Of a stretch of DNA of 64,000 bases, positions 32,665 to 43,748 are shown piece by piece; position 1 is the first letter of the stretch, and every line of letters begins with the position of its first letter. The notes below the pieces were generated by a model. The model was not told where the DNA came from. It saw nothing but the letters and a program-made list of their open reading frames with translations, and searched no databases. Made by a program: the position numbers and the translations under genes. Source of the DNA: an uncultured Planctomycetaceae bacterium (lineage in GTDB: Bacteria > Planctomycetota > Planctomycetia > Isosphaerales > Isosphaeraceae). Location: assembly GCA_963833985.1 (NCBI GenBank), contig CAWIAD010000001.1:768001-832000 (forward strand), given 5' to 3'.

Positions 32665-34164
32665 TCATGGCCGATGGAACACTCGGCGGTAGATTTGCAG
32701 AAAACCTTCCGCTCGTGATGACCGTGTGTACGGGAAGAGTTGCGGCCGAAAGCCTCCCGCCCCCCGCTCGAACACAGCCTGGGACTGGGTGAATTCGAGC
32801 AGGCCGAACGATCCGTGAGTCCGTCCGAAACCGCTGGCCTTCGAGCCGCCAAACGGCGCCCCCGCGTGCGCGGTTGGAGTCACGGCGTCGTTGATGCAAA
32901 CCATGCCGGCACGGAGACTGGAAGACATGCGGCGCAGGGTGGAAAGGTCTCTGCCCCAGAGGCTGGCACCCAGCGCATAGCGGCTGGAATTGGCCGCCTC
33001 GATCGCCGCCTCGGCAGTCGGCACGCCGCGGATCAGCACAACTGGCCCGAATGCCCCTTCCAGAGCCATCGCGGGCTCCTCCGTATCCGCCTCCAGGACG
33101 GTCGGAGCGTAAAACCACCCCGGTCCGTCGAGCCTCTGCGCACCCGCCAGCACACGGGCACCCGCGGTGATGGCGTCCTGAACCTGCTCGTGAAACCGCT
33201 GCCGCGCGGCGCTTGTGATCATCGGGCCGAGATCGGTTCCAGGCAGCGCGGGGTCACCAACCTTCAGGGCCAGGGTGCGGGCCGCGAACCGGTCCGACCA
33301 GGACCGGACCTCGCCCACCACGTAGACGCGCTTCACGGCCACGCAGGTCTGGCCGCAGCCCACGAAGGCCGCCCAGACCAGGGCATCCACGGTGCTCTGC
33401 ATGGGCGAGCCTGGCAGCACAATGGCGGCATCGAAGCCGGAAAGCTCGGCGACAGCCGGGATCCCCCGCGACCCGAGCCGCGCGATCACCCGGCGGCCGT
33501 TGGCCACGCCGCCGGTGAACAGGGCCTTGTCCAGGTTGGCATCCACCAGCGCCTGGCCGACCTCGGGCCCGCCAGGGAGTGCGATCACCAGGTCAGGCGG
33601 CATCCCCGCCTCGCTCAGGCTCTCCTGGATCCGCGCGGCAGTGGCGAGGGCCAGTTCCGACGGCTTCCAGACAACCGCGTTGCCCGCGGCCAGGGCCTGG
33701 GCAATCGGTGGCACGTTGAGAAAGAGAGGATAGTTCCAGGTGCCGATCATCCCCACGACGCCGTAGGGGGCGTGCCGCACCTTCGCCCCGGGCAAGAGCA
33801 GCCAGCGCTGCCATGCGGAACCCACGCGCAGATCGCGCAGCACGCGGTTGCCGTGAGTCACCGTCCAGCGCAGCGCATCCAGCGTGGGCACCACATCGCC
33901 CGCGAGCGCCTCGACGCCGGGCTTGCCGATCTCGTCCCGGATCAGTTCTCTCCAGGCCGTCGCGTCACGCGCGAGCACGCGCCACCAGCGTCTCAGGAAT
34001 TCGCGCCGCGCAGGCCAGGGACGTGCCTCCCAGGCTTGCTGCGCTGCCCGTGCCCGCTCCACCAGCGCGGGCACTTGCCCGGGCTCCGTCGCATCGATCC
34101 TACCAACCACAGCCCCGGTCGCGGGGTTGGTGGTCGACAGCACACTCTTCACCGCCACTGACAT
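32665..34164 (-). CDS. aldehyde dehydrogenase family protein
   Basis: WNYP, KPSE, FTGG, ELSG (catalytic Glu), GQTCVA (catalytic Cys), PFGG. Confidence 0.92.
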   Translation of the reverse strand: MSVAVKSVLSTTNPATGAVVGRIDATEPGQVPALVERARAAQQAWEARPWPARREFLRRWWRVLARDATAWRELIRDEIGKPGVEALAGDVVPTLDALRWTVTHGNRVLRDLRVGSAWQRWLLLPGAKVRHAPYGVVGMIGTWNYPLFLNVPPIAQALAAGNAVVWKPSELALATAARIQESLSEAGMPPDLVIALPGGPEVGQALVDANLDKALFTGGVANGRRVIARLGSRGIPAVAELSGFDAAIVLPGSPMQSTVDALVWAAFVGCGQTCVAVKRVYVVGEVRSWSDRFAARTLALKVGDPALPGTDLGPMITSAARQRFHEQVQDAITAGARVLAGAQRLDGPGWFYAPTVLEADTEEPAMALEGAFGPVVLIRGVPTAEAAIEAANSSRYALGASLWGRDLSTLRRMSSSLRAGMVCINDAVTPTAHAGAPFGGSKASGFGRTHGSFGLLEFTQSQAVFERGAGGFRPQLFPYTRSSRAEGFLQIYRRVFHRP

Positions 34165-34742
34165 GAATTGGTGCGTTTCCTGCGAAAGCCCCTTACTTCA
34201 GGGGACGGACCGGGCGGATCCTGCTGGGCCTCACCAGCTTCGACCCCTATCGTAAGAACGGCACGGGTTCGACCACAAGTGCAGCGTGACACGGACCACA
34301 CATCTGCCCTCAGCAAACGCAGTCGTGGATCGGCTGGGCAGGCAGCCTGAGCAGTGCGTTCTGCGCCCGGCGGCGGTGATCCGGACGCGAGGTCTGTCTG
34401 GACAGCCGCATCAACAAAACTGAATTGATTTTAATCCGAGTTGACTTGTATTCAAGGTCGCCTGATGTAGATTGAACTCATGCCTCCCCTCGAAGGCAGA
34501 TTCTTTACGGAAGGAAGTATAGAATTCATTCTTGGCCTCGGGTACCGTGTGAATCGGGTTGGGCGGGGACTGAGTTCGCGAATCGAGCTTGTACGGATCG
34601 TGCCTCCAAGAAGTCCCTCCATCAATCATCCGTCCATCCGCCGGAGGCGGTCTGGTCTGGCGGATGGCCTCTGGCTGGTCAGCGTCCGGGCCCGTCGCTG
34701 GCACACTGATCGAGCCACTTCGAACGCGCGGGAAATTCGCCG

Positions 34743-36311
34743 ATGAGCTGGGGCACCGAGGGAGAACGTTCCGGGATGGATGAGGCCTCATCGCAGCAGC
34801 GCGGGTATTTCGTTTCTCCCCAGGCCTTCCTCGCGTCGATCGTCGAGTCATCGAACGACGCGATCGTGACCAAGACGCTGGAGGGCATCGTCACGAGCTG
34901 GAACCGGGCGGCGGAGCGTATTTTCGGGTACACCGCCGCTGAGATGATCGGGCACCCCATTTCCAGAATCGCGGTTCCCGGCCATGTCGAGGACATGCGA
35001 CGCATCCTCGAGAAGATCGCGCGCGGCGAGCGTATCGAGCATTTCGAAACGAGGCGCCGCACCAAGGATGGCCGGATCATCCATGTCTCGCTGTCCGTTT
35101 CCCCGGTCCGCAACGAGCTCGGGCAGATCATCGGCGCTGCCAAGATCGCCCGCGACGTCACCGAACGCAAGCGGGTCGAGGAGGAGAATGCCGCGCTGGT
35201 GGGCGAGCTCCAGGAATCCGCAAAACATAAAGATGAACTTTTGCGTATGCTCGCGCACGAGCTGCGTAACCCGCTTGCGCCGTTGAGGAACGCGGTTCAC
35301 CTGCTTCAGCTTCAGGGCAATGACCCGGCCATTGTTTCACGCGTCCGCGAGATGATGAACCGGCAGATCACCCATCTCAGCAGGCTCATCGACGATCTCC
35401 TCGACGTCTCGCGGATCACCTTCGGCGTGATCCATCTCGATCGCGAGCGTATGGACCTGGCCCGCCTGGTCCGGCTCACCATTGATGACCAGCAAGAGCT
35501 TTTTGAAAAGTCAGGCATCGCTCTGACGACGAGGATCCCGGAGATCCCCGTCTGGACCTACGGCGATCGCACACGCATGAGTCAGGCGCTTGAGAACCTG
35601 CTGGAGAACGCCCGCAAGTTCACCCAGAGCGGGGGCCGGATCGAGGTGGAGGTCACAATCGAACCGGAGCCGCAGGCGGCCATCATCCGGGTGTGCGACA
35701 CGGGCATCGGCGTCGATCCGCAACTGCTTCCCAGGCTGTTCGAGCCGTTCATTCAGGCCGACCGCAGCCTCGACCGCAAGCGCGGAGGACTTGGCCTGGG
35801 GCTGACGCTCGTGAAAAAAATCGTCGACCTCCACGCCGGCTCCGTAGCGGCCCACAGCGCGGGCAAGGACCAGGGAGCTGAATTCACGATCCGGCTTCCC
35901 CTTCAAAGCGAACCGCTGGCCCTGGCCAGCAGCGAGGTCATACCGGCCGGCGTCAGCAAGCATGTGCGAATCCTTGTGGTCGAAGATAATCGCGACTCGG
36001 CCGAGAGCCTCCGCATGCTCCTTTCCACACAAGGATACGAGGTGGCGCTCGCCTACAACGGAATCGAGGGCGTGGAGGCCGCGCGGAGCGCGCACCCAGA
36101 TGTGATCATCTGCGACGTCGGCCTCCCCGGCATGGATGGCTATGCGGTGGCCCGGGCGATCCGCCGCGACCCCGGGACGTCCAAGACCCGGCTCATCGCC
36201 GTCACCGGCTACGGACAGGACGACGACCGCGTCCGGGCTCTGGCCAGCGGTTTCGACACGCACCTCGTGAAACCGGCCGACCCGGAAACCCTGCTCGGAC
36301 TGATCTCCTGA
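34743..36311 (+). CDS. PAS-domain hybrid sensor histidine kinase/response regulator
   Basis: PAS/PAC, AHELRNPL H-box, GLGLGL G-box, C-terminal receiver (CDVGLPGMDG); alternative start at 34776. Confidence 0.93.
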   Translation: MSWGTEGERSGMDEASSQQRGYFVSPQAFLASIVESSNDAIVTKTLEGIVTSWNRAAERIFGYTAAEMIGHPISRIAVPGHVEDMRRILEKIARGERIEHFETRRRTKDGRIIHVSLSVSPVRNELGQIIGAAKIARDVTERKRVEEENAALVGELQESAKHKDELLRMLAHELRNPLAPLRNAVHLLQLQGNDPAIVSRVREMMNRQITHLSRLIDDLLDVSRITFGVIHLDRERMDLARLVRLTIDDQQELFEKSGIALTTRIPEIPVWTYGDRTRMSQALENLLENARKFTQSGGRIEVEVTIEPEPQAAIIRVCDTGIGVDPQLLPRLFEPFIQADRSLDRKRGGLGLGLTLVKKIVDLHAGSVAAHSAGKDQGAEFTIRLPLQSEPLALASSEVIPAGVSKHVRILVVEDNRDSAESLRMLLSTQGYEVALAYNGIEGVEAARSAHPDVIICDVGLPGMDGYAVARAIRRDPGTSKTRLIAVTGYGQDDDRVRALASGFDTHLVKPADPETLLGLIS

Positions 36312-36585
36312 GCATGCCCCGGGGATCTCCGTCTGCCGGTTCACCCTGCACCCGCCCGAACACCACTTGCAAGTCGGGCACCTCGAGCGGTATGGTACCG
36401 ACCTGTTCTGCCACATGTCGGACCGATCCTATGCGACAGCGGTCGATGCGCAGGCATTCTCCGTTGTTTCGGCTCTTCGATCCTTTGCCATCTCGGAACA
36501 GGCCAGCGCAGGCCCGCACGCGGTGATGCACAGCTTGCCCGAACCGGGTGAAGCACGGCACCGCGGTGGGACAAGGAGAGCATCC

Positions 36586-37670
36586 ATGCCTGATCAGCTC
36601 CCAACCCGCCGGGCCACGATCCGGATTCATCCATCCGCTGCCACAGCTCGCGGCTGCACGCCGGTCCGCCTTCCCTGGGTCACGCCGGCAAGGCTGCTGC
36701 TTGCTCCCATGCTGCTGGGAGCAGGCGCTTTCTCGGGCAATCTCTTCGAGCTTGACACCGAGCGCCGGGACGCCCGGGCCGTGCACGGGGTCTCGTCCTC
36801 GGTGCAGGCTCTGGCCTACGCGCCCGTCGGAGAGCTCATGGCCTGGCTGGAGTGGGACGAGCTGGACCCACGGCTCGTCCTGCAAACCTTGGACTCTACA
36901 GAGACGATCCACTTCCCGAACCGGACGCGGGCAGCGAAGAGCCTCGCATTCGCCCCAGACGGAAGCCTGCTGGCAATTGGCTTTGGCGACGGTGCGGTGG
37001 AGGTCAGGAAGACCCGGCCTCACAGCAACTCTCTGGAGATTGCCGCCCACACCGGCGCGGTCCGTAGCGTGGCCTTCTCCGCAGACTCGTCGGTGCTCGC
37101 GACGGCGGGAGCCGACTCGCGGATCAGGCTCTGGGACGCTTGCACCGGCAAGCCGCGCGGAACACTCAGCGGCCATCACGCCCCGGTCAACGGTATTGCC
37201 TTCGCGCCCGACGGTACCACCCTGGCGGCGGCCGATGCCTCGGGAGTCGTGGCTCTCTGGAACTGGCGCGGCACGCCGGCCATCAGGTGCCTGCGGCAGT
37301 CGACCGGGGATGGCCATCCCGTGACCAACGTCGCCTTCTCTCCCGACGGCTCGAGCCTGGCCGCCGGCAACGTGAACCGGCAGGTTGCAGTCTACGAGGC
37401 GAGCACCGGCCGGCATCTCTGCACATTCGGAGACCGCGCCAGACGATCACCGCACTGGCCTGGTCACACGACGGCCGCTTCCTCGTCGCGGCCGGCACTG
37501 GCGGCACCATCGATTGCCGGGAGCTTGCGACGGGCCGGCATCGAACAATGCCACACCAGCATGATGGAGCGATCTGGTCGCTGGCGTTCTCCGCTGACGG
37601 GAATGAACTGGCCTCGGCCGGAAGCGATCAATGCATCCGGGTTCATGACTGGGAGCGCCTGAGCCGCTAG
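36586..37670 (+). CDS. WD40 repeat protein (frameshift near 37440)
   Basis: Repeated H...V..VAFSPDG...LA...D..IRLWD units; AAGGAG RBS. Confidence 0.82.
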
Positions 37671-37709
37671 GCACCAGGTCACAGTTCGGGCGAGCGATGG
37701 CTTGCGACG

Positions 37710-38129
37710 TCACTCCGTAGTGGTGGGACGTCCGATCTCCCAGTGGTATCCGAACGGATCCACGAGCCGTCCGATTCTCCAGCCGTGCTCATCGGTCACC
37801 GGGAATACCTCCACGGCGCCGGCTGCCAGCGCCTGGGCAAACAGGGTGTCCGGATCGGGGACCGTCACGATCAGCCGGATTGGCCCGCCACCGGCGAATG
37901 CGGGTCGTGATTCCGCATGACCGGCGGAATCGCCGCTCAGCCAGAACGGTGCGCCCTCGATCGACAGCCGTGCCACCAGGCCGGCGCCGGGCGCTTCCTC
38001 GAAGCGATACGTTTCCACGGCGCCGAATGCGGATGTGTAGAACTCAACAGCGCGGGCACCGTCCGGCACCGTCAACCACGGTGCGATAGTGACCGGACCA
38101 GCGGCTCTCGACTCTGAACCTGAGACCAT
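37710..38129 (-). CDS. VOC/glyoxalase (PhnB-like) protein
   Basis: AVEFYTSAFGA, GWRIGRLVDPFGYHWEI. Confidence 0.88.
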   Translation of the reverse strand: MVSGSESRAAGPVTIAPWLTVPDGARAVEFYTSAFGAVETYRFEEAPGAGLVARLSIEGAPFWLSGDSAGHAESRPAFAGGGPIRLIVTVPDPDTLFAQALAAGAVEVFPVTDEHGWRIGRLVDPFGYHWEIGRPTTTE

Positions 38130-38264
38130 CGGCCGCTCCTTGTGAAGGTCCCTCGCCGGCCGCCTTCGCGGCTCCAGGGGAGCGAGCGAAGTCTGGCCAT
38201 GTGCAGCTCGCTCCGGTGTGGCGCAGTCTACTGTTGCGAACGACACTCCGTCCATCGACATCGT

Positions 38265-38509
38265 TCACCACCGTGGGGCACGGCCTGCGATCGCGTCGTT
38301 GACGGCCAGTTCAATCGCCTCGTCCTTGCCGTGCCGGCACATCCTGCGGTGCACCTCCGCGCGGATCGCCTCGACGTTACCGCCGATGCCTGCCGCGAAG
38401 TCGCGGCCGAAGCAATGATCGAAGCGCCAATCTCGATGAGCCGGGCCGCCTCACCATAAGCCCGCCGGTACAGGGCCGCCTGCTGAGGATCGTGCGTATC
38501 GAACATCAT
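38265..38509 (-). CDS. small hypothetical protein (about 81 aa; probable frameshift near 38430)
   Basis: GGAGGAG RBS; MMFDTHDPQQAALYRRAY... continues in a shifted frame as RFDHCFGRDF...AVNDAIAGRAPRW*. Confidence 0.5.
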
Positions 38510-38830
38510 CCCAGCTCCTCCCTGACGGCTCGACCAGCGCCGGGCTCCCAGGCTCAGGCTGAACCGTCACGCAACGAGGCGACATACGTTCTGCGCACAA
38601 ATGTATATCACGATACCGTGCGTGGCAAGGCCAGTGAGCCGGCTTCGGGCGGCGCGACGGAGTGAGTTTCGCGGCGCCGGCAGATGCTCCGGGGTTTCCG
38701 CACGCCCGGGCACGTGACCGTCGCACATCATTTCTTCATGGAAACGGGATAGGATCAAGATTCAGCCCGGGACACGACCATCGGCCTCGCGCCGTGCCGG
38801 ATCGAATCAATTCCGTCGAGGTCGCTCAAG

Positions 38831-41314
38831 GTGAAAGCCAGCAACAGCGATTGGATTGGACAGGAGATCGCCGAGGGCCGGTACAAGATTCTCGGCAGGA
38901 TCGGGCAGGGAAGCATGGGGCACATCTACTGTGCCTTTGACCGGCACCTGGATACCGACGTGGTCCTGAAGTTCCCGTTCTCCAACGAACCGGGAGCGGA
39001 CAACCGGGCGTTTCTCGACCGCTTCGGCACGGAGATCCGGTCGCTCGTCGCGCTCAGCCATCCCCATATCGTCAAGATCATCGACGTGGGTGAGTTCCGC
39101 GATCTGCCGTTCGTCGTCATGCAGTACCTGGCCGGTGGCAGTCTCAAGGATCGCATTCCCGCCGGGGCGCGCGGCGAGCCCCAGCCCATGCCGCTGGCCT
39201 CGCTGCGGGACTGGCTGCCAGATGTCGCCCGGGCGCTCGACTTCATTCATTCCCAGAACCACATCCATCGCGATGTGAAGCCGGCCAACATCCTCTTCGA
39301 CCGTCATGGCAACGCATTCCTGGGCGATTTCGGCATCATCAAGGCGCTCACGTCCGAGACCAGCGACTGGAGAGGCAACTCGCTGACCGCTCCCGGCTTC
39401 CTCGTGGGCACGCCAAACTACGTCGCGCCCGAGATCGTCATGGGACGAACCGCCGACGCCCGGGTCGACCAGTATTCGCTCGCGATGACCGCTTACGAGA
39501 TCTTGACCGGGAACAACTGCATGGAAGGTCCAACGCCTTCAGCCACCGTCGTCAACCAGACCATGGTGGTTCCACCTCCGCTCACCGAGATCCTCCCCTC
39601 CCTACCCAGGCGGACCTCCGACGCCATCTTGCGGGGTCTCGCCAAGAGCCCCAACGACCGCTTCGAGACGTGCGTGGCGCTGGCGCAGGAAGTGCTCGCC
39701 GAGGTCCCCGCCGGTTCCATGCGCACGACCGTGACCCCTCTGAACGGGTTGACCGCGCGGGGGGAACCCGGCCGCGTGCCTTGCCCATCCTGCGGAGCGC
39801 CGATTCCGGCCGACCGCGAGCACGCCGGCCGGCGGTTGCGGTGCGCAGGATGCCAGGCCGTATCCTACGTCCAGATCCTTTCCCGCAACACGCTGCAATT
39901 GAAGCTCGTCGAACACCCCCCGGTGACGGTCGGGGCGGGCGGACCCGTGGTGATCGACGCGCCGGACGAGGAGATTCAGCCCGATCCGTCGGCGGCAACG
40001 GTGCACGTGACGGCTGGCGATGCGAGCTCCACGCTGCTGCCGCTGCCGTCCATGGCGGAAAAACAGGCGCGCCCCGCGGTCTGGACGCGCCGGCTCGCCC
40101 TCACCGCGCTGGCCGTCCTATCGCTTGCCGGAGCAGTGCTGCTGGGCCGATCGCTCATGAGCCGTTCCGGCCGCTCTGACAGCGGCCAGGACCTGGCTCA
40201 CGTCACGCAGCCGGGGGGTGATGCCCAGGCCGCACTGCCTGGCTCCGCGCCACTTTCCCCGGTTGAGATTCACATCGCGTATGGAACCGAGAAGGAAAAG
40301 TGGCTCAAGGAGGCGATGGCGGAGTTCCTGCGGACGGCAGCCGGCGAGCGGATCAAGATCATCCCGCACGGCATGGGCTCGCTGGAAGGCGCCCAGGCCG
40401 TCCTCGACGGACCCGGCCCAGCTCCCATTCATGTCTGGTCTCCGGCCAGCAGCGCGTACCGCGATCTCTTCGAGAAGAAGTCGCGCGCGGCGCACCAGAA
40501 CAAGCCCATCCTCAAATCGGAGAGCCTGGCCCTTACTCCGATGGTCTTCGTCTCCTGGCAGGACCGCCGCGAGGCGTTTATCAAGAAGTATGGCCGGCTC
40601 AGCTTCAAGACCGTCGGCCAGGCCATGGCAGAGCCCGGGGGCTGGGAGGCCATCGGCACAGAGCCGGGCTGGGGTCGATTCAAGTTCAGCCATACGGATC
40701 CGGGGCAATCCAACAGCGGCCTTCTGACACTCGTCATGATGGCCTACGAGTTCGCCGGCAAGGAACGCGGTCTCTCCCAGGAAGACGTGTCCCAGAAAGC
40801 TTTCCTGGACTGGCTTCGCGGCTTCGAACGTGCCGTGGTCCCCTCCGGAGGCCCGCTCATCCATAGCACCGGCGACTTGATGCGCGAGATGATTGCACGC
40901 GGCCCCTCGCAGTACGATTGCGTCCTCGTCTACGAGAACCTGGCGATCGACTACCTCCAGTCCGCACGCGAACACTGGGGCGACCTGCACGTCGATTATC
41001 CCGAGCCCAACATGTGGAACGAGCACCCTTACTACATCCTCGATGTTCCCTGGAGCAGCCCTGCCCAGCGCTCCGCCGCCGCCGAGTTCCTTGCCTTTCT
41101 CATGAGCGAGCCCATCCAGCGGCGGGCACTCGAGCACGGCTTCCGCCCCGGCAACCTCGACATCTCGGTCCGGTTCCCCGAGAGCCCCTTGATCCGCCAC
41201 GCTCGCAACGGCTTGCAAATTGACCTGCCAAGGATGTGTGAGCCGCCCCGCGCAGGCACACTGGAAACGCTTCTGCGCCTCGCCAGCCAGGTGGACCTGG
41301 CCAGCCAACCCTGA
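38831..41314 (+). CDS. Ser/Thr protein kinase with Zn-ribbon, TM helix and extracytoplasmic solute-binding domain
   Basis: IGQGSMG, HRDVKPAN, DFG, APE; CPSC...CAGC; TM; YGTEKEKW, WSPASS, TPMVF, HTDPGQSNSG, YENLAI, GFRP. Confidence 0.88.
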   Translation: MKASNSDWIGQEIAEGRYKILGRIGQGSMGHIYCAFDRHLDTDVVLKFPFSNEPGADNRAFLDRFGTEIRSLVALSHPHIVKIIDVGEFRDLPFVVMQYLAGGSLKDRIPAGARGEPQPMPLASLRDWLPDVARALDFIHSQNHIHRDVKPANILFDRHGNAFLGDFGIIKALTSETSDWRGNSLTAPGFLVGTPNYVAPEIVMGRTADARVDQYSLAMTAYEILTGNNCMEGPTPSATVVNQTMVVPPPLTEILPSLPRRTSDAILRGLAKSPNDRFETCVALAQEVLAEVPAGSMRTTVTPLNGLTARGEPGRVPCPSCGAPIPADREHAGRRLRCAGCQAVSYVQILSRNTLQLKLVEHPPVTVGAGGPVVIDAPDEEIQPDPSAATVHVTAGDASSTLLPLPSMAEKQARPAVWTRRLALTALAVLSLAGAVLLGRSLMSRSGRSDSGQDLAHVTQPGGDAQAALPGSAPLSPVEIHIAYGTEKEKWLKEAMAEFLRTAAGERIKIIPHGMGSLEGAQAVLDGPGPAPIHVWSPASSAYRDLFEKKSRAAHQNKPILKSESLALTPMVFVSWQDRREAFIKKYGRLSFKTVGQAMAEPGGWEAIGTEPGWGRFKFSHTDPGQSNSGLLTLVMMAYEFAGKERGLSQEDVSQKAFLDWLRGFERAVVPSGGPLIHSTGDLMREMIARGPSQYDCVLVYENLAIDYLQSAREHWGDLHVDYPEPNMWNEHPYYILDVPWSSPAQRSAAAEFLAFLMSEPIQRRALEHGFRPGNLDISVRFPESPLIRHARNGLQIDLPRMCEPPRAGTLETLLRLASQVDLASQP

Positions 41315-41644
41315 CGCTCACCATGGCTGACGCCGAAGATGCCGATCTGGAGGCCTTTCCGCGTCCGAAAATGTCGATTCCGCGCGTCATGACACGAGAT
41401 CTTCCGCACGGCTTGTCGAATTCTTCAAGTTCCCCAATTTCTCCAAAGATCGGAAGTTTGCAAGCTCTTGCTTGTTCGCTAAAGTAATAGGAGCAGCTTG
41501 TCACCCACGCCGCCGTCGGTTCCCGGGCCGTTCCGCCATCGTCTTCAGGATCCTGCCGGCGAGTCTTGAAGAGGCCCTGCCGCCATGGTGCGCGCGTCTC
41601 TCGATTGATTGTCCGAACCGGGCCAAACACCGCGAGTTGCACCG

Positions 41645-42929
41645 ATGCGTACAAAGCTTGTCTCTTCGCAACAGAAGCTTCGTGGGGCCGTCAAGGATCA
41701 TGCGCGACAGGAGCCGCCTGGTAAGCCGCCGGAGGGAGACGGCCCGCAGGAAGCCGAGCGGCGCCTGCGCTGGGTGGGGCAGGTGACCGGCCACGACCTG
41801 ACCGGAACGCCCCTCCCCGAGCCGGGCGCATTACAGGGGATCATCGAGAACCATGTCGGTTTCATGCCCCTGCCGATGGCGATCGCGTCCCCCCTGGTGA
41901 TCCACGGCGATTATGCCCGCGGCGACTTCGTCGTACCGCTCTGCACGCTGGAAAGTGGGCTCGTGGCACTTCTCGGCCGCGGGCTGGAGGCCGTCGCCGC
42001 GGCGGGCGGCTGCCGGACCATTCACCTGAAGCAAGAGCTCAGCCGCAGCCCGGCCTTCTGTCTGCCCACGATCACCGAGATCGGCCCGTTTCTGGACTGG
42101 ATCAACGACCATGCGGATTCGATCCTCGTCGCCGCCGAGAGCACCACGCGGCATGGCCGGCTGTTGCGGGTCGATCCGACCCCGATCCAGCAGTGGGTGA
42201 TCCTCGACTTCGTTTATGACACGGGCAACGCGGCCGGCCAGAACATGGTCTCGCTGGCAACCGAGGCAGCATGCCAGTACATCCAGGGCGAGACCGGCTT
42301 TCACTATTACCTGGAGTCGGGCTTCAACAGCGAGAAGAAACCCTCGCGCCGCAATCTGGGGAGCGGACGCGGCCACTCCATCAGCGTCGAGTTCTCGCTG
42401 GGCGGCCAGGCACTGAGCGGGTTGGGAGTCCGCCCCGAGGCGATCCTGGAGTACCAGCAACTGGCGCTCACCTCCCGCGCAGGCGATCGGCATGCTGGGC
42501 AACAGTTCGCACCTGGCAAACCTGCTCGCGGCCCTTTATCTCGCCACCGGCCAGGACGCCGCCTGCGTGGCCGAGAATGCCATGGGCTTCAGCCAGGCCC
42601 TGCCTGACGGCGGCGACGGTCTGCTCTTCCGGATGACCTTGCCTTCGCTCACGATCGGGACCGTGGGCGGCGGTACCCGGCTGCCGGCCCAGCGGCGTAA
42701 CCTGGAGCTGCTGGGGTGTACCGGCGGCAGCCACGACGCGCGCAAGCTTGCCGAGATCTTCGGCGCGTGCGCCGCCGCGGCCGAGCTGGCACAGGTGGTC
42801 TCGATCGTCTCCGGGCAGGCGGCTCACGCCCAGCGCGCCTGGCGCGGGCAGGCCGCGATTGAGCCGCAGCATCATCGACCCGCTCCCCCGGGACCGGTGA
42901 CCTGGGCGCGTGCCCTGCTCGATCCATGA
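41645..42929 (+). CDS. hydroxymethylglutaryl-CoA reductase-like protein, class I type (frameshift near 42475)
   Basis: IENHVG, PLCTLE, NAAGQNMV, EKK, ATGQDAACV, GTVGGGT. Confidence 0.8.
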
Positions 42930-43022
42930 TGCAAAGGGCCGGCGGGCAGACCGTGCCGCGCCGGAGCGGCCCCGTCAGATCGAGACGCGCGCCACCCCGA
43001 CCTGCGGACAGAGACTTTCCGA

Positions 43023-43583
43023 TCAGCGCCGGTTCGGGTTCCACGAACCTCGAGCTCGGGCACGCATGTCCGCCTGGAGCTGGCCGCGGCCCAGGAGGTT
43101 GGACTCGACCATGTAACTTTGCAAGCCGAGCGGGCTCATCCCCACGCCGAAGAGCGGGTTAAGATAGGGAGACGCGGCAATCGGACTGCCGTAACCCATG
43201 GCTGCCGAGTATCCGTAGTTGAACCCGATCTGGGGGAACCCATACCCCAGCACCCCGTAGCGCAGACCGATTCCGGGAACGCCGAATCCGTATCCCATCC
43301 CGTTGCCATAGGGCATGCCATAGCCGTAACCCATGCCATAGCCAAACGGCATGCCGTATCCATAGCCCATGCCGTACCCGCCGTATCCGTAGCCCATGCC
43401 GTAACCGCCGTATCCGCCGTACCCGCCGTACCCGTAGCCCATGCCATAGGGCATGCCGTACCCGTAGCCCATGCCGTAGCCCCCATACTCGGCGCGGGCC
43501 TTTGGCGGCGGCAAGAGACTGATCGAAGCCATCACCACCGTGACCAGGAACGCGGTCCGCAGAGAACTCAAGGTGACTTTCAT
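43023..43583 (-). CDS. secreted Gly/Tyr/Met-rich low-complexity protein
   Basis: AGGAGG RBS; signal peptide ending ARA; many GYGMGYG-type repeats. Confidence 0.72.
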   Translation of the reverse strand: MKVTLSSLRTAFLVTVVMASISLLPPPKARAEYGGYGMGYGYGMPYGMGYGYGGYGGYGGYGMGYGYGGYGMGYGYGMPFGYGMGYGYGMPYGNGMGYGFGVPGIGLRYGVLGYGFPQIGFNYGYSAAMGYGSPIAASPYLNPLFGVGMSPLGLQSYMVESNLLGRGQLQADMRARARGSWNPNRR

Positions 43584-43748
43584 GGTGCCTCCTGGCCCCG
43601 GCCGAGAGCGAGAGCGAGAGCGAATGCCCGATGGGTCCGTGCTTGAAAACTCCTTCAAGGGCTGATGGAATCCTACAGGCAGCGGATAGTGAACAAAATC
43701 CCCGTGGAAAGCGGCGGACTCCGTGTTTTGATGCCTGGCAAACAAAGG

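Noticed and set aside
32665..34164. Specific call as a C30-carotenoid aldehyde dehydrogenase
   Set aside because: Plausible by resemblance, but no carotenoid genes are nearby; left as a generic ALDH.
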